In this document: piece after piece, positions 1 to 8,938 of the stretch
How the letters are laid out: each line of letters begins with the position of its first letter
How positions within the stretch are numbered: the first letter of the stretch is position 1
Source of the DNA: Verrucomicrobiota bacterium
GTDB lineage: Bacteria > Verrucomicrobiota > Verrucomicrobiia > Limisphaerales > CANJSG01
Direction of reading: 5' to 3'
Length of the DNA stretch: 64,000 bases
NCBI GenBank assembly: GCA_038209745.1
Contig: JBBQXJ010000008.1
Coordinates: forward strand, 1 to 64,000
The notes under the pieces: model-generated
Seen by the model: only the letters and a program-made list of their open reading frames with translations
Database searches by the model: none
What the model was told of the DNA's origin: nothing
Position numbers and translations under genes: made by a program

Positions 1-20
1 GGAGCGCGCCCGCCCCGAGC

Positions 21-50
21 GCAATGGACCGCGCCCTCGCGGTCCATTGC
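21..50. repeat. Perfect 13-bp inverted repeat (hairpin), REP-like
   Basis: GCAATGGACCGCG-CCCT-CGCGGTCCATTGC. Confidence 0.6.
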
Positions 51-122
51 AGGCGTAGATCCACTACGAAGGAATGTGAGCACGAGCCGTTGCAGATCGG
101 ATTGCGGAGCAAGCCCGGAAAC

Positions 123-151
123 AAAAAAGACCGGGCCGAAGAGCGGTCTTT
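123..151 (-). terminator. Rho-independent terminator of the 177..3506 gene
   Basis: Stem AAAGACCG/CGGTCTTT with an A-run at 123-128 (U-run on the minus strand), about 25 nt after the stop. Confidence 0.6.
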
Positions 152-176
152 GTGATTGTTGGATCCTACTGCTGGA

Positions 177-3100
177 TCAGTTGCGGGTCCGGTAGAACCC
201 GGTGGCGGTCACGGTGTAGGGCGAGGAAGCGCCGGCCACATCGGTGAAGGTACCGTTGACCGTGGCGCTGGACTGCAGCGTGCCGGTGTAGCTGATGCTC
301 GAGCCAGCGATGGCGACGGTCGGACGATTCACGGCAGTGCGGGCCTGGAACGCCTTGACGTAGCCGGCGACGGAGTTGTCGTTAACCAGGACCTTCGTGC
401 CGCCGGGCTGCACGCTGAACCACTCGGCGTTGCCGCCGCCGTTGCCCTGGAACCAGACAGCGCGCATGGGATACACACCCGGCTGAGGAACGATTATGTA
501 GTAGATCGTGTCGGTTGCTCCACGACCGCCGTTGAACGAACCGAGGCTGACAGCCGTATCCGCACCGAGGCTGACGGTGACACCACCCGCGTCGGCCAGA
601 TGGTCCTTGATCTTCTGGCCATCGACGATGCTGACCATGACGGCCGGCAGGTTCGTGTAGGCGGTGCCTCCCATTACGATCGGGAGGATGCCGTCCGCGT
701 CGGCCGCAGTGCGGTTGTTGACGACGATGACGCCGATCGCACCGGCGTTGAAGGCGTTGGTCAACTTTTCGTTGTATGAGTTCACACCACGGTCGATCAG
801 AACGATCTTCCCGGCGACGGCCGCCGCGTTGCTCAACGCGTTGGTGGCCAATGCCGGAACAGCATAGACAACCTGGGCGGTGATGGGGGTCTTGGGCAGC
901 GGCAAGGCGATGCCGCCCTCGTCGGTGCCGCCGGAGACGGCGCCGAGTGCTCCGGTGATCGCGGCCGGCGAGTTGACCTTCAGCGCGTAAAGCGAGGTGG
1001 GGCCTTCGGTCGCAGTGACGCGGAAGCCATCATCGCTGTTGAAGCCGAAGCTGTAGAAGCCCGCCGTGGGGAACTCCAGATAGGTCTGGATCTCCACGGA
1101 GAAGTTTTCCAAAGCATTCGCGAGGACCCCGTTTCCGGGGATGCCGGGAACCAGCTGCTCGCCACCGAAGTTGCCCTGCTTCGCCATGGTGATGTCGTAG
1201 TTGAGGCTCAAAACCTCGTTGTGGACGCCACCGGTGAAGTTGGCGAGGTTGGCCACGTTGGGACCAAAGAGGCCCTGCAATTCCTGCTCGGCGAAGGCGA
1301 CCAGGTTCTGGTTCCGGTTGTTCGCCGCAAACGTTCCGTCGGTGCCCGGAGGATCGATCTGCCAGGTCTTGATCTTGAAGCCGGGCTTCGTGGCATCACC
1401 CGATCCGACCGGAGACTGCAGGGCGGTAGAGAGGGTCACGTAGGTGAACGTCTGGTAGCTGAAGGACCAAGTGAGCGACGCCGGGTTTCCGCCGGCATCC
1501 GGAAAGCCCAGCTCAACCGTGTGGAGCGAGCCGCTCGCCGGCGTGACACCGGGGTCGTAGGAGATGGAGACCACGTTTCCGTCCTTGCTGACCACGGGCG
1601 TGACCGCAGCCCCATCGAACTTCAGGCTCACGTTGGCCGCCGTCCATGCGGTTTTGCCGTCGCGGTGCGAAACCTCGATCTTGGCGTAGGGCGCCACGTC
1701 TTTGGCGTTGGGCGCCGGGAGCTGGGCCAAGAACGCGCCTTCCGGAGGAGCCGGCACGTCAACCGCCGAGGACAGGAATTTACCGGGGATCGGCAGCAAG
1801 GAAGCGGCCGGGGTCGTATCGCCCACTTTGCGCCAAGCCACTTGGCCGAAGTCGCCGCCACCGCCTTCTTTGTAAAGGAGACGGATGAAGTATCTCTTTC
1901 CAGCCACCAGCGCTCTCGGCACGACCGTGGTCTGGGTCGGGCCGTTCTCCGGCTCCAAAAAGGCGTTGCAGCAACCGAACTCCTCGGCGACTAGCTCGAT
2001 GTTTGCTTCCGTGGCGTCGGTGCTGATGGAGAACTGGCTGTTGTCATCGCTCCGGATGAAGAAGTTATAATCCCCGGATTCGGTCGGAGTCAGGAAACCT
2101 TCGATGGCCGCGCCGTAGTTGTCCAAGGCGTCCGTCGAGAACAGGTCGCGGCTGTTGGCCGAGAACACGGCACCGATCTGGTCCGGAGAGCCCGGATACT
2201 TCGGGTCGTCGAGCAGCGTCTGGACTTGGGAAGTGGGGATGTTCTTGTAAACCGACATCTTGAGCACCCCGTCCTTGACCAACAAGTAGGAGAAGAAGAC
2301 GGCCGTGCTGTCGGCGGCGACCTTGTTCCTGGAACCATCCGTCACGTTGTTCACCTTCAGCGTGAAGGCCGTCGCGCCGGGCGCCTGGGCCGCGGTGGTC
2401 AAGGTGACGACGTTTCCTTTCACCGTCGCCGCCGTGACGGCGACGCTCGGCGTGATGCTGTAGTTCGCCAAGTTGGTGGCAGTGGTCGGATCGACATCCT
2501 CCGAGAACCTGACGACGACCGTGTCGAACGTGCCGGTTGCGGTCGCCGAGATCAGCACCGGTTTCGTGGTGTCGGTGGGGTCGGTTCCTGCGAGGAATTC
2601 GTTCAAGTTGCTGACACCGTCGCCATCGAAATCCTTGGCGGCGTCGCTCGGATCGTTCGGATCGAACCCATATTGGATTTCCCAAAAGTCCGGCATCCCG
2701 TCTTTATCGGTGTCCAGCGCCGGGACTGGCGAAGCACCGGCAGCGAGTGCCTTGATCTCTGCCTCCGTCAAAGCGCCTCGGTAGATGGCGACATCGTCGA
2801 TGACCGCGTCCGGCGAGCCCCCGCCGTCGTCGGATCCGATGTTGACCCGGGTCACATCGGTCGGCAGCGGGTCCGCACCCGCCGTCTGTTCAACCAAGAG
2901 TAAGCCGTCAACCCAGACCTGCTTTACCCCGCCGTTCTTCACGAACGCGTAATGGTGCCAAGCGAGCCAATCGAAGGCGGGAAACACCCCGACCACGTTC
3001 GCGCTGAGACGTTGCCCGGGGGCAGCACAGCAGCCGCCCGCAGTGTCGAAATAAATGTTTCCGTCCGACCACGGGAGGTGAAACTGGAGGCTTCGGTCTC

Positions 3101-3506
3101 CGGCCACGCCGGAGAGATCGCCGAGAGCCCAGAAGGAGCTGCTGCTGGCGTTGCTGTTGTTCTTCTGCCACAGCACGACCGTCACTTGGTCGTTCACTGT
3201 GGCGATGTTGAACGGATTGGCGTTGCCTGCGGCCGCGATGAGCAGTTTTCCACGGTTGTTAAGACTCACATCGAAGCCCTTACCGCCACCAGGTCGACCT
3301 TCGCCAGCGGCGGTCAAGACCGCGCTGCCTTCGATGGCACCGGTGTATCTCCCGTCTTGGGTCCTAATCGAGACCCCGTCGGCCTCTACCTTTTCGAAGT
3401 CCCAAAATGCAATGAGGTCGGCCGCTTGCGCCGCCGATGCCAGTCCGCCCGCAGCGAGCGCCGCCAAGATGATCGGCCTCAGCCGTCTCTGGAGTGTGTT
3501 GTTCAT
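177..3506 (-). CDS. Large secreted multidomain protein: LamG-like, Ca-binding DxDxDG repeats, Ig-like, two PA14-like domains, PA domain
   Basis: Signal peptide (ILAALAAGGLASAAQA). LamG motifs WHHYAFV and IDDVAIY; DTDKDGMPDFWE and DFDGDGVSNLNEF; PA14 motifs SDDNSQ and NSDDGFRV; PA motif GKIVLIDRG..AGAIGVIVVNN; ends FYRTRN. Confidence 0.85.
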   Translation of the reverse strand: MNNTLQRRLRPIILAALAAGGLASAAQAADLIAFWDFEKVEADGVSIRTQDGRYTGAIEGSAVLTAAGEGRPGGGKGFDVSLNNRGKLLIAAAGNANPFNIATVNDQVTVVLWQKNNSNASSSSFWALGDLSGVAGDRSLQFHLPWSDGNIYFDTAGGCCAAPGQRLSANVVGVFPAFDWLAWHHYAFVKNGGVKQVWVDGLLLVEQTAGADPLPTDVTRVNIGSDDGGGSPDAVIDDVAIYRGALTEAEIKALAAGASPVPALDTDKDGMPDFWEIQYGFDPNDPSDAAKDFDGDGVSNLNEFLAGTDPTDTTKPVLISATATGTFDTVVVRFSEDVDPTTATNLANYSITPSVAVTAATVKGNVVTLTTAAQAPGATAFTLKVNNVTDGSRNKVAADSTAVFFSYLLVKDGVLKMSVYKNIPTSQVQTLLDDPKYPGSPDQIGAVFSANSRDLFSTDALDNYGAAIEGFLTPTESGDYNFFIRSDDNSQFSISTDATEANIELVAEEFGCCNAFLEPENGPTQTTVVPRALVAGKRYFIRLLYKEGGGGDFGQVAWRKVGDTTPAASLLPIPGKFLSSAVDVPAPPEGAFLAQLPAPNAKDVAPYAKIEVSHRDGKTAWTAANVSLKFDGAAVTPVVSKDGNVVSISYDPGVTPASGSLHTVELGFPDAGGNPASLTWSFSYQTFTYVTLSTALQSPVGSGDATKPGFKIKTWQIDPPGTDGTFAANNRNQNLVAFAEQELQGLFGPNVANLANFTGGVHNEVLSLNYDITMAKQGNFGGEQLVPGIPGNGVLANALENFSVEIQTYLEFPTAGFYSFGFNSDDGFRVTATEGPTSLYALKVNSPAAITGALGAVSGGTDEGGIALPLPKTPITAQVVYAVPALATNALSNAAAVAGKIVLIDRGVNSYNEKLTNAFNAGAIGVIVVNNRTAADADGILPIVMGGTAYTNLPAVMVSIVDGQKIKDHLADAGGVTVSLGADTAVSLGSFNGGRGATDTIYYIIVPQPGVYPMRAVWFQGNGGGNAEWFSVQPGGTKVLVNDNSVAGYVKAFQARTAVNRPTVAIAGSSISYTGTLQSSATVNGTFTDVAGASSPYTVTATGFYRTRN

Positions 3507-4052
3507 GATCTGCTAGTTCTGATCGTTTGTGACCGCCCACGGTGCAGTTCACGCGAACAACGCATGGAATTGCCTGCACTGGGGGATTGGTGTCATTGCC
3601 AACTTCGGGACCAAGGTTGTCGAGCAAAAAAGAAACTGTATTAATAAGACTTTCAAAAGCTCAATTTTATCAAATTAAGCAGTCGTTAAACCCCAACTTT
3701 GGCGTTTGGGATTAAGCAGGGTGCCAAAAAGTAGCAGCTTGAAATTGGACAGATGTTTAGATGCGTCTGCCTTGGGCAACCGGCTCGATGCCCTGGCCTA
3801 TCCCGGCGCCCTGGCGTTAGGTTTGCCGATCGGCTCGGGAATGATCGAAATCGGCACCGGCATGTCCTCCAAGCCCGGCTCAAAAAGGCCGGCACCGCTT
3901 GGCTGCCCGGATACGCCGACCCAATCGCCCTCCTGCGCGTTCTCCACGCCAACAACCGATGCCTCTCGATCTGGAACTGACCCCCACCAGGAATGAATCA
4001 CACCCGAGCGAAGAAGGGACGAGCGCCGGCTGTTCCTCATTTCACTGCCGGA

Positions 4053-5798
4053 TCAATCGGGCCGCACCAGCCAGTCCCGAAGGTCCAACTGGCGGGTGAG
4101 CCGCTGCTGCTCGGATACGGGAATCAGGCCCGACTGCACTTTGGCCCAGGCGAGTTCGCGCAGGCTCCTCCAACCGTCCTTTCGGACCAACCGCCGCAGC
4201 AGACCCGCCCGAACCCCGGGCTCGATCATGTCGGCCACTTCGTCGGTCATCAGGAAGAACTCGTAGATCGCCACGCGTCCCCGGTAGCCGCGCTGGCCGC
4301 ACTCGACGCAGCCGGCGCCCTTGAAGGCGCGCACTTCGGCCGGTGGGATGTCCAGCGCCTTGGCCATCTCCTCGCGCACCGAGTCCGGGATGTCGGGATC
4401 GGGCATCCGGCAGTGCAGGCAGACGCGTTGGGTGAGCCGCTGGGCGATGCTGCACACGAGCGAGGAACCGATCAGGAACGGCTCCACCTTCATCTCGATC
4501 AGCCGCGTGACGGCGCTGATGCTGTCGTTGGTGTGAAGCGTGGAGAAAACCAGGTGCCCGGTCTGGGCCGCGCGGATCGCGATCTCGGCGGTGACGGCGT
4601 CGCGGATCTCACCGATCAGCACCACATCGGGATCATGGCGCAGGACGGAGCGCAGTCCGGTGGCGAACGACAGGCCGATGTCCTCCCGCACCTGGATCTG
4701 GGAGACGCCGTCCAGCTGGTATTCGACCGGATCCTCGATGGTGATGATCTTGCGCAGGTCGTCGTTCGCGTGGGCCAGCGCGGCGTAGAGCGTGGTAGTC
4801 TTGCCGGAGCCGGTCGGCCCGGTGAGCAGCACCAGTCCCTGCGGCAGACTGGTGATCTCGGAGAAGAGCCGTTCATGGGCAGGCTCCATGCCGAGCTGGC
4901 CCAGGTCGAGGAACAGGCTTTGGCGGCCGAGGATGCGGAGGCAGACCATCTCGCCATGTTTGGTCGGGATGATCGAGACGCGCAGATCATACTCCTCGCC
5001 GCCGGTCTTCATCGCGATGCGGCCGTCATGGGGCAGCCGTTTTTCGGCGATGTTCAGCGCGGCCATGATCTTCACCCGCGAGACGATGGAGCCGTGCAGG
5101 TCCCGGATGCCCTCGGGCACGGGCACGTTTTGCATGATCCCGTCGATGCGGTAACGCAACCGGATGGAGGCGTAATACGGCTCGATGTGGATGTCCGTCG
5201 CCTGGAGGCGCAGGGCCTCCACGAGGATCTGGTCGACGAACCGGCTGATGGTGGCGTCGACGGCGGAGGCGTCGTCGCCCACTTTGACGTCGAAGATGAT
5301 GTCCTCGCTGCCTTCGGACGGGTTCCGGCTTTCGCGCAGTTTCTGGATGGTCTCGGCGCCCAGGCCGAACTGCCTCTTGAGCAGCGCGTGGATGCTGCTC
5401 GGTGTGGCGAGGGCCACCTTGATCCGCCGGTTCAGAAGGAGCCGGAGGTTCCCCAGCTCCATCGGCCGCGGCTGCTCGCTGAAGTCGATGGTCAAAAGCT
5501 CGCCCTCAAGCGCACAAGGAACCAGGTGGTCGTGGAAGATGAATTTCACCGGCACGGCCTTGAGCGCGTCGGGATCGGGCGCGCGAACCGTCAGATCGAT
5601 GAACTCGCAGTTCAGGGTCTCGGCCAAGGCGCGCCAGGTGTCCTCCTCGGTGGCGTAGTTGAGGTCGATGACCGCCCGGTGTTGCGGCACGCCGAGCCGG
5701 TCCTGCCGGCGACGCACCTGCTCAAGCTCCCGGGCGTCGAGCTTTCCCTGTTGAAACAGGAGCATCGCGGGTTCGATCGGCGGGACGGGATTGGCCAT
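4053..5798 (-). CDS. GspE/PilB-family secretion/pilus assembly ATPase
   Basis: ATDIHIEP, AEKRLPHDGR, Walker A GPTGSGKTTT, TIEDPVE, LRHDPDVVLIGEIRD, GHLVFSTLHTND, tetracysteine CLHC..CVEC. Confidence 0.95.
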   Translation of the reverse strand: MANPVPPIEPAMLLFQQGKLDARELEQVRRRQDRLGVPQHRAVIDLNYATEEDTWRALAETLNCEFIDLTVRAPDPDALKAVPVKFIFHDHLVPCALEGELLTIDFSEQPRPMELGNLRLLLNRRIKVALATPSSIHALLKRQFGLGAETIQKLRESRNPSEGSEDIIFDVKVGDDASAVDATISRFVDQILVEALRLQATDIHIEPYYASIRLRYRIDGIMQNVPVPEGIRDLHGSIVSRVKIMAALNIAEKRLPHDGRIAMKTGGEEYDLRVSIIPTKHGEMVCLRILGRQSLFLDLGQLGMEPAHERLFSEITSLPQGLVLLTGPTGSGKTTTLYAALAHANDDLRKIITIEDPVEYQLDGVSQIQVREDIGLSFATGLRSVLRHDPDVVLIGEIRDAVTAEIAIRAAQTGHLVFSTLHTNDSISAVTRLIEMKVEPFLIGSSLVCSIAQRLTQRVCLHCRMPDPDIPDSVREEMAKALDIPPAEVRAFKGAGCVECGQRGYRGRVAIYEFFLMTDEVADMIEPGVRAGLLRRLVRKDGWRSLRELAWAKVQSGLIPVSEQQRLTRQLDLRDWLVRPD

Positions 5799-5803
5799 GG
5801 GAT

Positions 5804-6334
5804 TCAGCGGATCGGGACTTCGAGATTGAGCGCCCGGCGGAAGACAAGCCGATTGGTCGCGGCGGCAGTATTCGTCAAAACCAGCTCCTCCCGGGCGACC
5901 TCCGCGATCCGCCAGTCGTCGACCACCACGCCACCAGGAGCCAGACGCAGGGTCTCCTTGTCGGCCCGGACATAGAGCGTCGGCGCGGCGCCTCCTCCGT
6001 CCAGCAGGCCCAGATAGGTGAGCGAGACGGAACGAGTCTTGGGCGCAGGTTTCACGGAGGCCTTCTCCGGAGGCGACTGGGGCCGATCGAAATGCCCGGT
6101 CGAGAAAACATCCCGGTGGTTGGCGGCCACCATTTCGGCGACGGGCCCGGTCGAAAACAAAGTGTCCAACCCCGCGATCGGGGCGCCAACGATGCTTGGA
6201 CCTCCGCCGGGCTTCGGCGGGAGGATCCGTGGACGGCTCTCCAACCCGGCGATCGCCAGCACCAAGAGCACCAGTGCGCCGATCAGCGCCGCGAACCCGG
6301 CGATCTTGGTCTGTTCAGGAGAGGCGAGCATCAT
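5804..6334 (-). CDS. Membrane-anchored accessory protein, PilP/GspC-like by position and predicted fold
   Basis: One N-terminal TM helix, Pro-rich linker, C-terminal beta domain (LTYLGLL..LYVR..WRIAEV); tightly packed in the operon. Confidence 0.6.
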   Translation of the reverse strand: MMLASPEQTKIAGFAALIGALVLLVLAIAGLESRPRILPPKPGGGPSIVGAPIAGLDTLFSTGPVAEMVAANHRDVFSTGHFDRPQSPPEKASVKPAPKTRSVSLTYLGLLDGGGAAPTLYVRADKETLRLAPGGVVVDDWRIAEVAREELVLTNTAAATNRLVFRRALNLEVPIR

Positions 6335-6347
6335 CGTTCAGGGGCCG

Positions 6348-7184
6348 TCACGGGGAGCCGGTCGCCGGCAGCCTAAGGAATCCGCGGAACTCCACGGCCA
6401 ACCGGACATTGCCCGGAGGCTGGGTTGTTTCCTTGCGGAGAAGGATATGCTGGAGCGTCATGCCGGGCAACCCGTCCACCCCCGGCAACTTCAACTCCGC
6501 GCGGGCCTTCGAGTCGAGCAACACGATCGTCAGGAGCCGGGAAACGGAGTCGAACGTCCCCACCACCTCAAGACGAAGCGGTAGTTCGACCAGCCGATGT
6601 TCGGAGAAAGCTGGCGCCGGATGGGTGACCGGGGCGGCCATCGTCAACTGCTCGACGGCAACCACCCGGGCCTCGATCGCCGCCCGGAGCACGCCGTCCG
6701 CAAGGGCCAACTGGCCCCACAACAGTTCGGGGCCAGCATTCTCGACGGAGAACTCCGGCAGGCCGGCGATCACGGCGGGAGCCAGCTTTACCTTGCGCTC
6801 GGCCGCGAGACTGACCAACCGGTCGCGCCGGCCCAACCGGTCGTTCTGATAGTCGATCAACTGGAACGGCCGGGAAAGATTCGTGGCAATGGCCGGCTCG
6901 GGCGCATAGCGCTCCGCGATGACCGCCTGGGCGCGGGCCAAGTTGGTGAGCGACTGTAGAAGAGACTGTTCGAGGCCTTTCAGGGTCTCGTCCGACAGTC
7001 CGGACACGGCCGGATTGTTGGTTCCCGCCATTCGAAGTCGGACCTGCATGGCCTCGAAAGGGGCCGCTTGGGCGCGTTCCTTCTTCGACAATGGACGGAA
7101 GATCGCCACGTAGTAGACCGCCAAAACGACGAACGCGATGAACAGGCTCATCTGTCGCCGGGCAAGTTTCCGGGGCAGGCTCAT
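6348..7184 (-). CDS. PilO/GspM-like inner-membrane alignment protein
   Basis: N-terminal TM helix, coiled coil, ELPLRLEVVGTFDSVSRLL; overlaps the upstream gene by 4 nt. Confidence 0.65.
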   Translation of the reverse strand: MSLPRKLARRQMSLFIAFVVLAVYYVAIFRPLSKKERAQAAPFEAMQVRLRMAGTNNPAVSGLSDETLKGLEQSLLQSLTNLARAQAVIAERYAPEPAIATNLSRPFQLIDYQNDRLGRRDRLVSLAAERKVKLAPAVIAGLPEFSVENAGPELLWGQLALADGVLRAAIEARVVAVEQLTMAAPVTHPAPAFSEHRLVELPLRLEVVGTFDSVSRLLTIVLLDSKARAELKLPGVDGLPGMTLQHILLRKETTQPPGNVRLAVEFRGFLRLPATGSP

Positions 7185-8938
7185 GGATTCGTGGCCTTCC
7201 GAAACGGAGCATACGCGGGCCGCATCGGCGCGGGCTGAGCGGGCAGGCGCCGCAGATCGTCACCGGTCAGGAGCGAGGGCAGGACATCGTCATCCTCCAG
7301 AGTAAACGCGAGGGTGTAGTAGCCTTGCGGAACAACGACCGCCGGGTTGACCAGCTTCCGGCGCTGGTCGTCCGAAACGATGTCCACCTTGCTGAAAATA
7401 CCCGCCTGCTTGAATCCGTCGATCATCCCGCTAAGGGCCGCACGCGCCGTCGGTGCGTCCTCCGAAGTGCTGAACTCGGCGATGAAGGCGTTCGTCAGGC
7501 GCGCCGAACCGGTCATCGGCGGGGAGTTCGTGGCCGCCGGATGGGCCGGCTCGGAGTAGTAGCTGTCGGCGTCGGCAAACAGGACGAACCAAGCGTTCGT
7601 CGGCAAAGGCCGGCTCGTCAAAAGGTCAAGGGTCTGGATGGCGGCCATCGTCTTGCGCTGGCGAGCGAGCAAGGGGCGCACTTCGTCGTATTCTTCCGCC
7701 AGCCGCTGCTTCAACAAGGAGGTGCGCCGGGCCCGTTCGATCACGGAATCGGCCTGGGCGAGACGCGAGTCCGTCTCCCCGATCAGGCGCTGCTTCTGCC
7801 AGGTCCCAATTCCCAGCACGAGCAAGGTGATCGCCAAAAGAAGCCAGACACTCGCCTGCAACATCTGCACGGCAGCCTGTTCCTTCCGCGCGGCCCTCAT
7901 CTCCTCCGGCACCAGCGAGGCCGAGGGGCCGCCCCTCCGCAAAAGACCGCACGCCAACCCATAGGCCACCGCGAACTGGCCGGCCGGCTGGATCGGCGGC
8001 ACGCCGGGCAGATCGGCCCAGCCGCAAAAGGACATCACGCTGTTTGCACGGAGGTATTCCCGCAGCCCGGGCATTTCGGCACCGCCACCACTGAGAACGA
8101 CTTCGAACTGGCTGGAGGAAACGGTCACCGAGGGGTGTTCGCGCAGCCAATCCTCTCCGATCCGGACCAGCTCGGCGTGCCATTGGTCCACGAGCTCGCA
8201 CAGAGCCGGCAATGGCTTCGATCCAGACAGCAGATTCTCCGTGTTCTTGGCGAGCTCCGCATCCATCGACGAGCATCCGCGTTCCGCACGGACCTTTTCG
8301 CTGAAGAGAAATCCACCGACGGGAAAGCTGGTGACGAAGACGCCTTGTCCCTCGTGAACCACGGCCACGACCGTCCCCGAAGATCCGATGTCGACCAACA
8401 GGGCGTTCCGGAACGCCGGGCGCATCTCCCGATAGGCGGCCACCAGCGCGTTCCCCGGCGAGGCGGTCTCCCAGATGTCCTCCTGCAGCGTCCCGAACTG
8501 CCCCACCAAGGCGAGAACCTCGCTCTCGCGCGCATGGGTGATCCAGTAGGGGTTGGTGTGCTGGGCGAAAGGGTCCATCCGCCCGTAGTCGTAGATGATC
8601 GCGCTTTCGGTGAGGCCGCTGAGCCGCACGATATCCGCCTGGATCTGGTCGCGGATGGAGCGGGCGTCGGCAGTCGGCAGGTCCAGGACCTGGGAGTCCG
8701 TCGAGTGTTGCGGGACGGTGACCACCAGAGGGTGCGTGCCCAGTTCGTCGATCAGATCCTGCAGCAGGCGGGTCCAACCCGGCGAACCGGGCTGGTTGCC
8801 CTCGTCCAGATCCACGACGCGGTGGCCATGGACCAGGACCCGGCCGAAGGGCATCGAGACAAGCAGTGCCTTGAGGCATCGGCTGCCGGCGTCCATCACC
8901 AGGAAGCGGCGGGAGGAAGGGAGAGAAAACCGGTTCAT
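7181..8938 (-). CDS. PilM-PilN fusion (GspL-like): actin-like domain, TM helix, periplasmic domain
   Basis: MDAGSRCLK, LLVDIGSSGT, VVLSGGGA, FAVAYGLA; then SLVP, a TM helix and a coiled coil. Confidence 0.8.
   Translation of the reverse strand: MNRFSLPSSRRFLVMDAGSRCLKALLVSMPFGRVLVHGHRVVDLDEGNQPGSPGWTRLLQDLIDELGTHPLVVTVPQHSTDSQVLDLPTADARSIRDQIQADIVRLSGLTESAIIYDYGRMDPFAQHTNPYWITHARESEVLALVGQFGTLQEDIWETASPGNALVAAYREMRPAFRNALLVDIGSSGTVVAVVHEGQGVFVTSFPVGGFLFSEKVRAERGCSSMDAELAKNTENLLSGSKPLPALCELVDQWHAELVRIGEDWLREHPSVTVSSSQFEVVLSGGGAEMPGLREYLRANSVMSFCGWADLPGVPPIQPAGQFAVAYGLACGLLRRGGPSASLVPEEMRAARKEQAAVQMLQASVWLLLAITLLVLGIGTWQKQRLIGETDSRLAQADSVIERARRTSLLKQRLAEEYDEVRPLLARQRKTMAAIQTLDLLTSRPLPTNAWFVLFADADSYYSEPAHPAATNSPPMTGSARLTNAFIAEFSTSEDAPTARAALSGMIDGFKQAGIFSKVDIVSDDQRRKLVNPAVVVPQGYYTLAFTLEDDDVLPSLLTGDDLRRLPAQPAPMRPAYAPFRKATNP

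Noticed and set aside
3798..4040. 80-aa ORF just after the ATPase
   Set aside because: No motif and atypical composition; it could be real but cannot be supported
3993..5975. 660-aa plus-strand ORF and other long antisense ORFs (7325..9472, 18589..21387, 32545..35553, 37693..39513, 51722..53560)
   Set aside because: Shadows of well-supported genes, expected from high-GC codon bias
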